NCBI GenBank assembly: GCA_050246815.1
Contig: JBFWVI010000007.1
Span: forward strand, 7,996-71,995
Direction of reading: 5' to 3'
DNA: 64,000 bases
Origin: Bdellovibrionales bacterium
Lineage (GTDB): Bacteria; Bdellovibrionota; Bdellovibrionia; Bdellovibrionales; UBA1609
Under the pieces are notes generated by a model. That model ran no database searches, was not told where the DNA came from, and saw only the letters and a list, made by a program, of their open reading frames with translations. The translations under genes and the position numbers were made by a program. Positions 55,749 to 64,000 of this stretch are shown one piece after another (position 1 is the first letter of the stretch; every line of letters begins with the position of its first letter).

Positions 55749-56696
55749 ATGACCACGCAGTCAGGCTCGGCCACTCAACGCCGAATTTTAGTCGTCGAAG
55801 ACGACCCGACCATCATGAATTTAATCAAGCAGGCCTTGGATGAGGCCGGTTATCAAACAGCCACCGCCAGTTCAGCGGCAGAAGCCATACACTTGATGCG
55901 TTCTTACAAACCCAATTTAGTGCTGACCGATCAAGACATGCCCGGCTTGACGGGACTTGAGATGCTGCGTGAGTTGCGCCATCAGCTGAATTATGTGGCT
56001 TTGATTTTTGTTTCGGGACGATCGGATGCGCCGTTAGTTGCACAGGCTTTGCGTGCGGGCGCTGATGATTACATTCGCAAGCCCTTTCGCTTTGAAGAAT
56101 TGTTGGCGCGTGTGGAGGCCTGTTTGCGTACCCACGATCTGCACCACGAGCTGCTTGACGCCAACCAAAAATTGCAAGAGATGGTCGAGCGGGATCACCT
56201 GACGGGTTTGTTCAATATGCGTTCGATGTATGATCGTATCGACGGCGAGTTGAAACGCGCGCAGCGCTTTGGCCGTCAATTGGCCTGTGTGATGATCGAC
56301 ATGGATCATTTCAAAAAAGTGAATGACGGCCATGACCATCTATTCGGTAGCTTCGTTTTGAAAGAGGCCGGCCACCTGATCCAAAAAACCATGCGAGATT
56401 CAGACTTTGCCGCGCGCTATGGCGGTGACGAATTTTTGGTGGTGTTGACGGACACGGATGGCAAAGGGGCAAAAGTTTTTTGCGAGCGGATGCGTGAAAA
56501 AGTTCAACAACACACATTTGACGATGGCAAAAGCCAAATGAAACTGACCATGAGCTTGGGTTGCGCTGTATCAAAGTTGAATCAGGCGGTGGATGCCCGC
56601 CAATTGGTTCGCGCCGCAGATCACGCTCTTTATCGTGCTAAAGAGGCCGGGCGCAACCGCGTCGAGTTGACCGAAGATCCGTCGACGCCGCCGTGA
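55749..56696 (+). CDS. Response regulator with GGDEF output (diguanylate cyclase)
   Basis: The REC part has ILVVEDD, LVLTDQDMPGLTG and GADDYIRKPF. The GGDEF part has RYGGDEFLVVL. An RxxD-like site may also be present. Confidence 0.9.
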   Translation: MTTQSGSATQRRILVVEDDPTIMNLIKQALDEAGYQTATASSAAEAIHLMRSYKPNLVLTDQDMPGLTGLEMLRELRHQLNYVALIFVSGRSDAPLVAQALRAGADDYIRKPFRFEELLARVEACLRTHDLHHELLDANQKLQEMVERDHLTGLFNMRSMYDRIDGELKRAQRFGRQLACVMIDMDHFKKVNDGHDHLFGSFVLKEAGHLIQKTMRDSDFAARYGGDEFLVVLTDTDGKGAKVFCERMREKVQQHTFDDGKSQMKLTMSLGCAVSKLNQAVDARQLVRAADHALYRAKEAGRNRVELTEDPSTPP

Positions 56697-59569
56697 CCGA
56701 CGTAGCCCAAACTTAGGAATGGCAAAAAGCCGCCTCCGGCCCGATCATCCAACCCATAGTAAAGACCAAGGGTCATCGTCACGGGCAGATGATAAGCTGC
56801 GGTTCCGCTCAAGGTAAATTCAAGGCCTGTGCCGGTAAAAATATCATCGGTGCGGCTGCGAAAAAAGGCTTCGCTCTCGGGCGAAAAATAAGCCCCATCC
56901 ACCAGGGCGCTGTCAACGAACACCGCGCCCTCAAGGCCGCGCAAGAAGACCGGAAAGGTCCCTTTGCCGCGGAAAATGTCACTCATCGGAAAGCGGTATT
57001 CGAGGTTGGTGTTGATGAGTGTGCGGCCGACCAAGGCGCCTGATGGATAGCCGCGAAGCAAATAATTAGAATTCACCAGGCTGACTAAATAATTGCCGCC
57101 GATGGTGCGATCCCCCAGAGCCACCAGGTTATTCAGTTGCAAACCCGCTGAATAAGCACCTTTGGCTTGCAGCAAAATGCTATGGCGCGCCGGCAGCGGG
57201 CCACGCACGCGCGTGCCGATCTGGCCGGTGCTGCGCTCGTATCCTAAGCGTTCGCCTGCACCCATAAAACTGGTGTGCCCGGCTGAAAAAAAGTATTCGC
57301 CCCAGCCGGGTTTGACCAAAGTTTCCGATGAGCTGTTGTAGCCTAAAAGTGCGCCCACGCCCAGGCGTTCAATGGAACGACTGCCGGTGGTGGCAGGAAT
57401 TTCGCTTTCGATTTGCGTCAGGTGCAAGCCGGCGGACCAAGCATCAGAAAGACCTGGGGGATTAAAAGAGCTGTCGACACCGTAGATCCGGTTGGTGATG
57501 CGCTGACTTTGACTTGCTAAAAGCTCATTCGTCTCAGCCAAATTAAAACCCAAACTTACGGGCAGGGTGCGATTGTCGTAGCGCAGCCCATAACTCGTTT
57601 GTTTGGTCACACTGTCATAGCTGCCGCTGACCCCATAGCCGTGCCTTTCTGTGGGATCCATGGTCGAGGTGGTGCCTTGAAACAAAATTCCACTTTCCAC
57701 TGGGTAAATGAATGGAATCCAATAGCGGGGAACCATATAGGGCCAAACAGAATAATCCTCGTCTTTGGTGGCGACTTTGGTCATCGGAGCGTGGGTGCCA
57801 GAGTCATTCTTAAATTCCAGCGCGGGCAAAGTTTGAAAGCGGGGAGGCTGATGGTTTTTGACCGCAGAGACAAAAAGTTTTCGCCCTTCGCCGGTGAGTT
57901 GCGAAAACAAAATCTCTTGTCGAGCAAAGTCATAATCGCCCTGCAAAATCTCGGTGCTGGTGTTGGTGAGCGCCTGGGCCGCAGAATTGTCGCCCTTCAC
58001 CAGATACAAGTTGCTGTTTTGGCCGACGTGGGCGGCAACCAACAAACCTTTTGGTGTGCTGCGAACCTGCGAAAAACTTTCTGCGAAATTCACCATCGGT
58101 TTGCGCTTCAAGGTCTTCAAGTCCAAGCGGTAAAGGCGTTCGCTTCCTTTGTCGTTGCGGCCCACAAATGCCAGTGAGTGTTCATCTAAAAAGGTGGGCT
58201 GTTCGACGCTAAAGCCCCATTTGGGACGCAGGATGGTTTTGACTTTTCGTGTAGCCAAATTCATTAAGGCCAGTTCGTTACGTCCGGGCAGTGTGCGTAC
58301 AAAAACCACATCCCGACCGCTTGGCGAAACATGGGGCTGCGAAGCCCTAAGGCCCCAGCTCAGGCGCTGAGGTTTTTCGGGGGCACTTAAGTTAAGCAAG
58401 TAAAGGTCACGAAAGCGCAGATGGCGTTGATGGATGGCCAGTTGATCAAATAGAATCGATTTTGAATCGGGCATCCAGGCAATGCGGGTGACGGCCAAAA
58501 CTTCGGTCAACGCCTTGGCCTGATGTGAAGAAAAGCTGCTTTGCACCGGCATCGGGCGCGACACCAGTTGCAACGTCGAGCTTTCAAACTTCGGCGAGGT
58601 CAGGTAAACCAAATGTTCACCATTAGGACTAATGGTCGGCAAGATTTGTTGTGCGCTTTCATTCTTGAAGGCGGTTTGTGTCATCCCGCCAGCCTGCTGC
58701 ACCTGCTGAATTTGCGCTTGTGTTTGCCTCTGCAGTTCACTTTTGAGTTTGTTCCAGCGCTGTTCGACATCCAATTCGCCGAAATCTTCAAAAACCCCAT
58801 TCAGCAAAAACGGCAGACGACGACTGAATCGCTGATTCATTTCATTCACGTCCTTGGTGCCACCTTCTTCGGCCAGGTCATGCCAAATCAAAGCGCCAAA
58901 TAAATAGGGGCGTTGTCCAAAGGGCCATGAGGGAATGGAGGATTCGTTGATATAGTCCACCGTTTCGCGCTTCCAAAAATCGCTCAAGGTCAGGGCGCGT
59001 AAGGCGGCCTGGGTGTTGGGGGAGCGCAGTCGGCCGTGGGTGGTGTAGCGGGACTCCATTTCCACGGCTAGGCCCTCCATGTACCACCGCGGCAAAATTC
59101 CGTTGGGCCGAATCACATTGCCAAAGATATATTGCAGAGGCTTGTAAAAGCCATGCACAGGGGCAAAGGTGAACAGGTGGGTTAACTCATGCAGGATGAG
59201 CTCGTAGGCCCAATTTTCATAGTGTGAAATCGAATCGCCACTGTCGGGCAAAACAGGATAGGCCACAATCAATGCGTATGGCAAAAAGGTTGCCGAGCCA
59301 TTAGCCAAATCGGTTCGATCCGCAATCAAGATGGGGATCGGCAGCGGTGGTGGATCGCCGAATAAGGGATTCAGCTGGGCGTAGGCTTTCTCGGCGGCGG
59401 CGGCATAGACCTCGGCCAAGGCCTTATTGGGTTCATTGTAAATCACCGTGAAATGAGCGCTCTCCAATTGGCGCCACTTGTAATGATGCGGAAAAAGATC
59501 GCCATGGGCAGAGAAAGTCCACGACCAAACAGCCCACCACAGCCAAATACAAATCGGGAATGTCTTCAT
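56630..59569 (-). CDS. Outer-membrane fusion protein: MA-clan HExxH peptidase-like domain, PD40/TolB-like beta-propeller repeats, Omp85-type barrel
   Basis: The peptidase-like part has LILHELTHLF and RWYMEGLAVEME. PD40-like units are ISPNGEHLVYLTS, WMPDSKSILF and VSPSGRDVVFVRT. The barrel motifs are LLRGYPSG...NTNLEYRFPM...GAVFVDSA. Confidence 0.78.
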   Translation of the reverse strand: MKTFPICIWLWWAVWSWTFSAHGDLFPHHYKWRQLESAHFTVIYNEPNKALAEVYAAAAEKAYAQLNPLFGDPPPLPIPILIADRTDLANGSATFLPYALIVAYPVLPDSGDSISHYENWAYELILHELTHLFTFAPVHGFYKPLQYIFGNVIRPNGILPRWYMEGLAVEMESRYTTHGRLRSPNTQAALRALTLSDFWKRETVDYINESSIPSWPFGQRPYLFGALIWHDLAEEGGTKDVNEMNQRFSRRLPFLLNGVFEDFGELDVEQRWNKLKSELQRQTQAQIQQVQQAGGMTQTAFKNESAQQILPTISPNGEHLVYLTSPKFESSTLQLVSRPMPVQSSFSSHQAKALTEVLAVTRIAWMPDSKSILFDQLAIHQRHLRFRDLYLLNLSAPEKPQRLSWGLRASQPHVSPSGRDVVFVRTLPGRNELALMNLATRKVKTILRPKWGFSVEQPTFLDEHSLAFVGRNDKGSERLYRLDLKTLKRKPMVNFAESFSQVRSTPKGLLVAAHVGQNSNLYLVKGDNSAAQALTNTSTEILQGDYDFARQEILFSQLTGEGRKLFVSAVKNHQPPRFQTLPALEFKNDSGTHAPMTKVATKDEDYSVWPYMVPRYWIPFIYPVESGILFQGTTSTMDPTERHGYGVSGSYDSVTKQTSYGLRYDNRTLPVSLGFNLAETNELLASQSQRITNRIYGVDSSFNPPGLSDAWSAGLHLTQIESEIPATTGSRSIERLGVGALLGYNSSSETLVKPGWGEYFFSAGHTSFMGAGERLGYERSTGQIGTRVRGPLPARHSILLQAKGAYSAGLQLNNLVALGDRTIGGNYLVSLVNSNYLLRGYPSGALVGRTLINTNLEYRFPMSDIFRGKGTFPVFLRGLEGAVFVDSALVDGAYFSPESEAFFRSRTDDIFTGTGLEFTLSGTAAYHLPVTMTLGLYYGLDDRAGGGFLPFLSLGYVGHGGVDGSSVNSTRLRPASLAR

Positions 59570-59575
59570 GATGAT

Positions 59576-60928
59576 TTACTGTGCCACGTTGTTTTGGGGT
59601 TGTACCTGATAATTTGCATTGACCCGAAACAGCAAGACAGCGCCCACTAAGAACATCAGCAAAATCACCAGCAGCGACCAACGGGGTTCGCCGGTCACCA
59701 AGCTAGTCAAGCCCACTAAAAACGGCCCCATGATGGCCGAGAATTTGGTCAAAAGGTTGAAAAAGCCGAAAAATTCGCCCGCCTCATGAGGCGGGATCAT
59801 ACGGGCGTAAATGGAGCGCGATAGGGCCTGGACACCGCCTTGCACCAGACCGATACCGCCGGCCATCACATAAAAGTGCCAGGCCGCGGTCATTTGTGTC
59901 GCCATGACAGTGATCAACGCATAGACCAACAAGCAGCACAAGATTCCGCGCTGGGCACCGATATGTCGGCTGATTTTAAGAACCAAAAGTGCGGAAGGAA
60001 AGCCGACAAATTGCACGATCAAAAGGGCGCCGATCAGGTCGGCGGACGAGAATCCCAGTGCCATACCATAATCCACGGCCATGGTGATGATGGTGTTCAC
60101 CCCGTCAATGTAGATAAAATAGGCGGTCAAAAAAAGCAGCAAGGGGCGGTGGTGCCCGATTTTTTTAAACATGGCGACTAAATTGCGAGAGCTTGAGGCG
60201 ATGGCCTGCCCCAATCGTGGCTGTTTGGATGGACGATAGCGTTCGCGCACCCATAAAAAAAGTGGCAACGAAAAAAGCAGCCACCAGCCCGCCACACTGA
60301 CGAACGAAAGCCGAATGCCAAGGGGCCCGGAACTTAAACCAAACAGATCATGCTTCAAATACATCAGCACATTCAGTGTGAACAGCAATCCACCACCAAG
60401 GTAGCCGACGGCGTAGCCCCAGCTTGAAACCTTGTCCATTTTTTCGCGCACACTGACGTCCACCAAAAGAGCGTCATAAAAAATCAGGGCACCCCCGAAT
60501 GCGAAATTAGAAAGTCCGTAAAGCCAAGCGGCGCTGGACCAATCACCCATTTCGACGCCAAAAAGTGAAGCTGTGGTCAAACACCCAAGCAGAGTGAAAG
60601 AGGCCAGGAATATTTTTTTGCCAAAGCCTTGGTCCGCCAAAGCGCCCAGAAAGGGGGCCAAAAGCGCGATGGCTAGGCCTGCGGAAGAGTTGGCCACGCC
60701 AAGATAGTAGGTGCTTTGCGTGGCTTCAAGACCGCGTGACCAATACTCTTTGAAAAACACGGGGAAAAATCCGGCCATCACGGTGGTGGCATAGGCCGAG
60801 TTGGCCCAATCATAAAGGGCCCAACTGTACATTTCGCGGCGGGTGGGTTCGTTAATCTTTGGAATTTTTCTGCCCTTTCCACCATGTTTGCCATTCGCCG
60901 ATGGCTTTTTGGCGGTCGCCTTCTTCAA
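59576..60928 (-). CDS. MFS transporter, UMF1 (Atg22-like) family
   Basis: It has YSWALYDWANSAYATTVMAGFFPVFF and 12 helices. The start is uncertain: TTG 60928 overlaps the upstream gene by 77 nt, and ATG 60832 does not. Confidence 0.78.
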   Translation of the reverse strand: MKKATAKKPSANGKHGGKGRKIPKINEPTRREMYSWALYDWANSAYATTVMAGFFPVFFKEYWSRGLEATQSTYYLGVANSSAGLAIALLAPFLGALADQGFGKKIFLASFTLLGCLTTASLFGVEMGDWSSAAWLYGLSNFAFGGALIFYDALLVDVSVREKMDKVSSWGYAVGYLGGGLLFTLNVLMYLKHDLFGLSSGPLGIRLSFVSVAGWWLLFSLPLFLWVRERYRPSKQPRLGQAIASSSRNLVAMFKKIGHHRPLLLFLTAYFIYIDGVNTIITMAVDYGMALGFSSADLIGALLIVQFVGFPSALLVLKISRHIGAQRGILCCLLVYALITVMATQMTAAWHFYVMAGGIGLVQGGVQALSRSIYARMIPPHEAGEFFGFFNLLTKFSAIMGPFLVGLTSLVTGEPRWSLLVILLMFLVGAVLLFRVNANYQVQPQNNVAQ

Positions 60929-62003
60929 AATCCACGCTGATGGTCGGCCCTTTTGGATAGCGCAATTTCAGCGCTTGGCTGAGGGCATATTGTAAATCCG
61001 AATCGTCTGTTTGGCTCAGTGCCTGAACCAGTGTGCCCATATTTTCTAAAGAAGGTTTGGTGCGCATCAGGCGCAAGGCATCGGCTTTAAGTTCAGCAGA
61101 TTCCTCTTTATCTGTCAGAATTTGCGCCAGCACTTGGCGGATTGACGGCGTCCATTGTCCATCTAAAGAATTCAGGGCTGCGCGACGTTCTTCCAGGGGC
61201 TTGTTGCGGTCGGCAAGCACGGTCAGTTGGCCGCCGCTGCGGTCCATCCACTGGGATTTTTCCATGTCGTTCCAGCTGCTCCAGAGTGGGCTGGCCACAA
61301 GCCATCCCTGACCTTGCAGGGCTGTGGCCCACATGGTGGGGGTGATTTTGTGGAACTCGTACTTTTTCTTGCCACTTGTCAGCACGAATCCGGGTTTGTC
61401 TGCGGCCATGGCTTTGTGCATGCGGTTGGTGATGGCGAAGTCTTGTAACGAATTTTTGAATAGATTGAAAAATTCCCAGTTGGGGAACTCGTCTTTCATT
61501 GAGCTTTGCCATTCACCGCGCACCAATTCGAACGCCGCCAGCTTTTCATCACCGCGGCTGATCACCAGGGGGGATTCAAGATGAATGCTAGCTTTGCCAT
61601 TGTCATCGAACCACGAGCGATGCAGGGGCGAATAATAAATTCCTTCACCACTGACGCTGGCGCACTGTTTGCCGTCGCCCACGGTATGGGAGTCCATGTA
61701 ATAGCGGCGTTCGACCCACTTGTTGCCCACTTTAGCTTTGACGGTCAAATCGGCTTTGCCCAGCGAGTTACAACCGCCTTCGATTTCTTGACTGAAAAGT
61801 GGTAGAAACTGCTCGAAAGATCCAAGCTTCACGCTGCGCTCAGCCAACTTGTAGCCGCCGCCACTGCGGCGCAACTGAAACTGATCGTGGCGACTTTGAA
61901 ACAGCAGTTCACTGGGGGACTGGGCAAAGGCCCAGTGTGAAATAAGACACAAAACTGAGCAGAGTATGGCTGGGCCAAATATTCTTCTTTGGCTACATCT
62001 CAT
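60852..62003 (-). CDS. Secreted hypothetical protein with a HEAT-like C-terminal region
   Basis: It starts at ATG 62003, and the signal peptide ends in HWAFA. The C-terminus has helical repeats (ALNSLDG...LAQILTD...ALRLMRT...LVQALSQ). Confidence 0.62.
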   Translation of the reverse strand: MRCSQRRIFGPAILCSVLCLISHWAFAQSPSELLFQSRHDQFQLRRSGGGYKLAERSVKLGSFEQFLPLFSQEIEGGCNSLGKADLTVKAKVGNKWVERRYYMDSHTVGDGKQCASVSGEGIYYSPLHRSWFDDNGKASIHLESPLVISRGDEKLAAFELVRGEWQSSMKDEFPNWEFFNLFKNSLQDFAITNRMHKAMAADKPGFVLTSGKKKYEFHKITPTMWATALQGQGWLVASPLWSSWNDMEKSQWMDRSGGQLTVLADRNKPLEERRAALNSLDGQWTPSIRQVLAQILTDKEESAELKADALRLMRTKPSLENMGTLVQALSQTDDSDLQYALSQALKLRYPKGPTISVDFEEGDRQKAIGEWQTWWKGQKNSKD

Positions 62004-62151
62004 CGAGTTCCCCTTTGTTTGCACACTTGCTTAATAATCCCACGCGATAGGCCATGGAATCAATATCATGATTGAAGTAATGCGTATTGGCTTCTAAACT
62101 ATTGGGGCTAGTTCGTCGCACAGCATCCCATTTTTGGGATAGGAGGAAACC

Positions 62152-64000
62152 TTGGACACCGCGATTTTATCGACTTGGTCAGGATTTTTTTTGAGTGAGA
62201 GTCTCTACAGTTGGGCCATACTGGGCACCGTGATCGCTTTTTTAGCCTTGGGTTTTATTGGCGCACCACTTTGGCTTTGGACCGCCACGGGTGCTGTAGC
62301 ACTTTTTGGTTTCGCGGCTCCCGAGTGGCTTTGGACGGCCTACTTGGCGGCCTCTGTGGTGTTCAACATCAAGCCGATTCGACAATATTTGTTGTCCTTG
62401 CCGGTGATGCGGGTGATGCAAGCCCTTAAGCTGATGCCCGAAATCTCGGCCACCGAGCGCACAGCGCTTGAAGCGGGCGTGGTGTGGATGGAGGCCGAGC
62501 TGTTTTCGGGCAAACCCGACCTTAAAAAAATGTTGAATCAACCCAAAGCCACTTTGACCACTGAGGAGCAATCCTTTTTGGACAAAGAGTGTGAAGAACT
62601 CTGCGCCATGATCGATGACTATGAAATGATGCGTACCAAACAACTGCCGGCGCAGGTTTTCGACTACATGAAGAAAAAAGGTTTTCTGGGCTTGATCATT
62701 CCCAAAGAGTACGGCGGCCACGGTTTTTCGCCGGCGGCGAATTCGGCCATCGTGCAAAAGATCTCTTCGCGTTCGATTGGTGCGGTGATTTACGTGATGG
62801 TGCCCAACTCCTTGGGGCCAGCGGAATTGTTGGCTCACTACGGCACTCAAGCGCAAAAAAATAAATATTTACCCCGTCTGGCGAAGGGCGAAGAAATTCC
62901 GTGTTTCGGTTTGACCGAGCCCATGGCCGGGTCCGATGCCGCGTCGATCACCTCGGAAGGTGTGTTGTTCAAAGGCAGCGACGGCGAAATTTACATTCGC
63001 CTGAATTGGCGTAAACGTTGGATCACCTTAGCAGCCCTTTCAACCCTGATCGGCTTAGCCTTCCGCCTGCGCGATCCGGATAATTTGCTGGGGCGGGGAG
63101 AAGATCTTGGCATCACCGCCGGCTTAATCCCGTCGAATCTGCCTGGCGTGATGATCGGCAAGCGTCATGATCCTTTGGGAATACCGTTTCATAACTGCCC
63201 CACAGAGGGCGAAAACGTCGTGGTGAAAGCCGAAGACGCCATTATCGGCGGTATCAATGGCGCCGGCAAAGGCTGGACGATGTTGATGGAATGTTTGGGC
63301 GCGGGCCGTGGCATCAGCTTGCCGGCGCAGGCCGCAGGCGGCACGAAGCTTTGCAGCCGCGTGACCTCCAACCACGCCACCATTCGTAAACAATTTGGTA
63401 TGAGCATTGGTCGCTTCGAAGGCATCGAAGAGCCTTTGGCTCGTATCGCGGGCAACACTTATTTAACCGAGGCTTTGCGCCGCTATGTTTTGAGTGCACT
63501 CAATCAGCACATCAGCCCGCCTGTTGTGACTGCTATGGCCAAGTACACCACCACTGAAATCGCGCGCCAAACCATCAACGACGCCATGGATGTGGTGGGT
63601 GGTGCAGGCATCTCGATGGGGCCACGCAATTTGCTGGCCTCGGGCTACATTGGTATGCCGATCAGCATCACCGTTGAGGGTGCCAATATTTTAACTCGTA
63701 CTTTGATGATTTTTGGCCAGGGGGCACTGCGCGCCCATCCGTACGCGTTCAAAGAATTGGACGCCATCGGTAAAAATGATTTGCAAGCCTTTGACCGAGC
63801 ATTTTGGGGTCACATGGGTCACATCTTGCGCAACACGGTTCGCGCGCTGCTGCTGTCGTTCAGTCGTGGTCGTTTGGCCACCTCACCTGTCGGCGGGCCA
63901 GCTGCCAAATATTGGAAGATGCTGACCTGGACTTCGGCCAGCTTTGCGATCCTGGCCGACTTGGCCATGGGGATGTTGGGAGGGCAGCTCAAGGCTAAAC
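62152..64000 (+). CDS. fadE: FadE-type membrane-anchored acyl-CoA dehydrogenase, N-terminal about 616 aa (3' end outside window)
   Basis: This gene is not in the supplied ORF track. The frame starting at 62152 is open to the window edge. A TTG start sits 5 nt after an AGGAGG RBS. My own translation gives LIIPKEYGGHGFS, PNSLGPAELLAHYGT, YLPRLAKGEEIPCFGLTEPMAGSDA, IEEPLARIAGN and ITVEGANILTR, closely matching E. coli FadE as I recall it. Confidence 0.87.
   Translation, partial: MDTAILSTWSGFFLSESLYSWAILGTVIAFLALGFIGAPLWLWTATGAVALFGFAAPEWLWTAYLAASVVFNIKPIRQYLLSLPVMRVMQALKLMPEISATERTALEAGVVWMEAELFSGKPDLKKMLNQPKATLTTEEQSFLDKECEELCAMIDDYEMMRTKQLPAQVFDYMKKKGFLGLIIPKEYGGHGFSPAANSAIVQKISSRSIGAVIYVMVPNSLGPAELLAHYGTQAQKNKYLPRLAKGEEIPCFGLTEPMAGSDAASITSEGVLFKGSDGEIYIRLNWRKRWITLAALSTLIGLAFRLRDPDNLLGRGEDLGITAGLIPSNLPGVMIGKRHDPLGIPFHNCPTEGENVVVKAEDAIIGGINGAGKGWTMLMECLGAGRGISLPAQAAGGTKLCSRVTSNHATIRKQFGMSIGRFEGIEEPLARIAGNTYLTEALRRYVLSALNQHISPPVVTAMAKYTTTEIARQTINDAMDVVGGAGISMGPRNLLASGYIGMPISITVEGANILTRTLMIFGQGALRAHPYAFKELDAIGKNDLQAFDRAFWGHMGHILRNTVRALLLSFSRGRLATSPVGGPAAKYWKMLTWTSASFAILADLAMGMLGGQLKAK

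Noticed and set aside
62242-62856. 204-aa minus-strand ORF, and other minus-strand or short ORFs from 63124 to 63998.
   Set aside because: They lie antisense to or inside the long FadE reading frame. Their composition is Arg/His/Gly-rich, typical of shadow ORFs, and they have no RBS.
1-64000. CRISPR arrays, IS elements, prophage or integrase genes, toxin-antitoxin pairs and known defence-system genes.
   Set aside because: I looked for direct-repeat arrays, DDE and tyrosine-recombinase motifs, and small paired ORFs. None could be supported from the sequence.

Overview
This is a 64-kb chromosomal window from a Gram-negative bacterium, about 50-55% GC on hand-sampled lines. The many secreted hydrolases, lipoproteins and an orphan ParA resemble Bdellovibrio-like predators, but that is only a taxonomic guess. 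I call about 65 protein genes. I found no rRNA, tRNA, CRISPR array, IS element, transposase or integrase by eye.

Housekeeping anchors:
- S8 protease fragment at the left edge.
- rpmG, and the pdxJ-gloB pair.
- ppx next to a complete pstSCAB-phoU-phoBR phosphate locus.
- greA, an nrnA-like DHH phosphoesterase, sohB, mutM, trmO and rpsD.
- A FadE-type acyl-CoA dehydrogenase (62152 to the right edge) that is absent from the supplied ORF track because it has no in-window stop.

Regions worth a second look:
1. 46.7-62.0 kb is an envelope and signalling neighbourhood. It holds a PA14/Fn3 lipoprotein, a translationally coupled HK, hybrid HK and CheY relay fused in an operon to a glycine-rich beta-helix-like protein with a C-terminal anchor, a FecR-like protein ending in a barrel-like domain, a REC-GGDEF protein, and a metallopeptidase/PD40/Omp85-barrel fusion behind an MFS gene.
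2. 30.6-33.0 kb is a lower-GC islet with convergent genes for an HExxH protein and a small secreted protein carrying a caspase-like His/Cys dyad. A second secreted protein with a similar dyad lies at 28.3 kb.
3. 4.4-6.2 kb holds an orphan HTH-ParA with a small basic partner, an A-tract block, and an exact sigma54 -24/-12 promoter.
4. Smaller items are a five-fold internally repeated secreted protein (16.7 kb), an overlapping three-gene lipoprotein operon (20.3-21.8 kb) and a VOC/glyoxalase remnant (38.8 kb).

All functional calls rest on motif recognition by eye. No searches were run.
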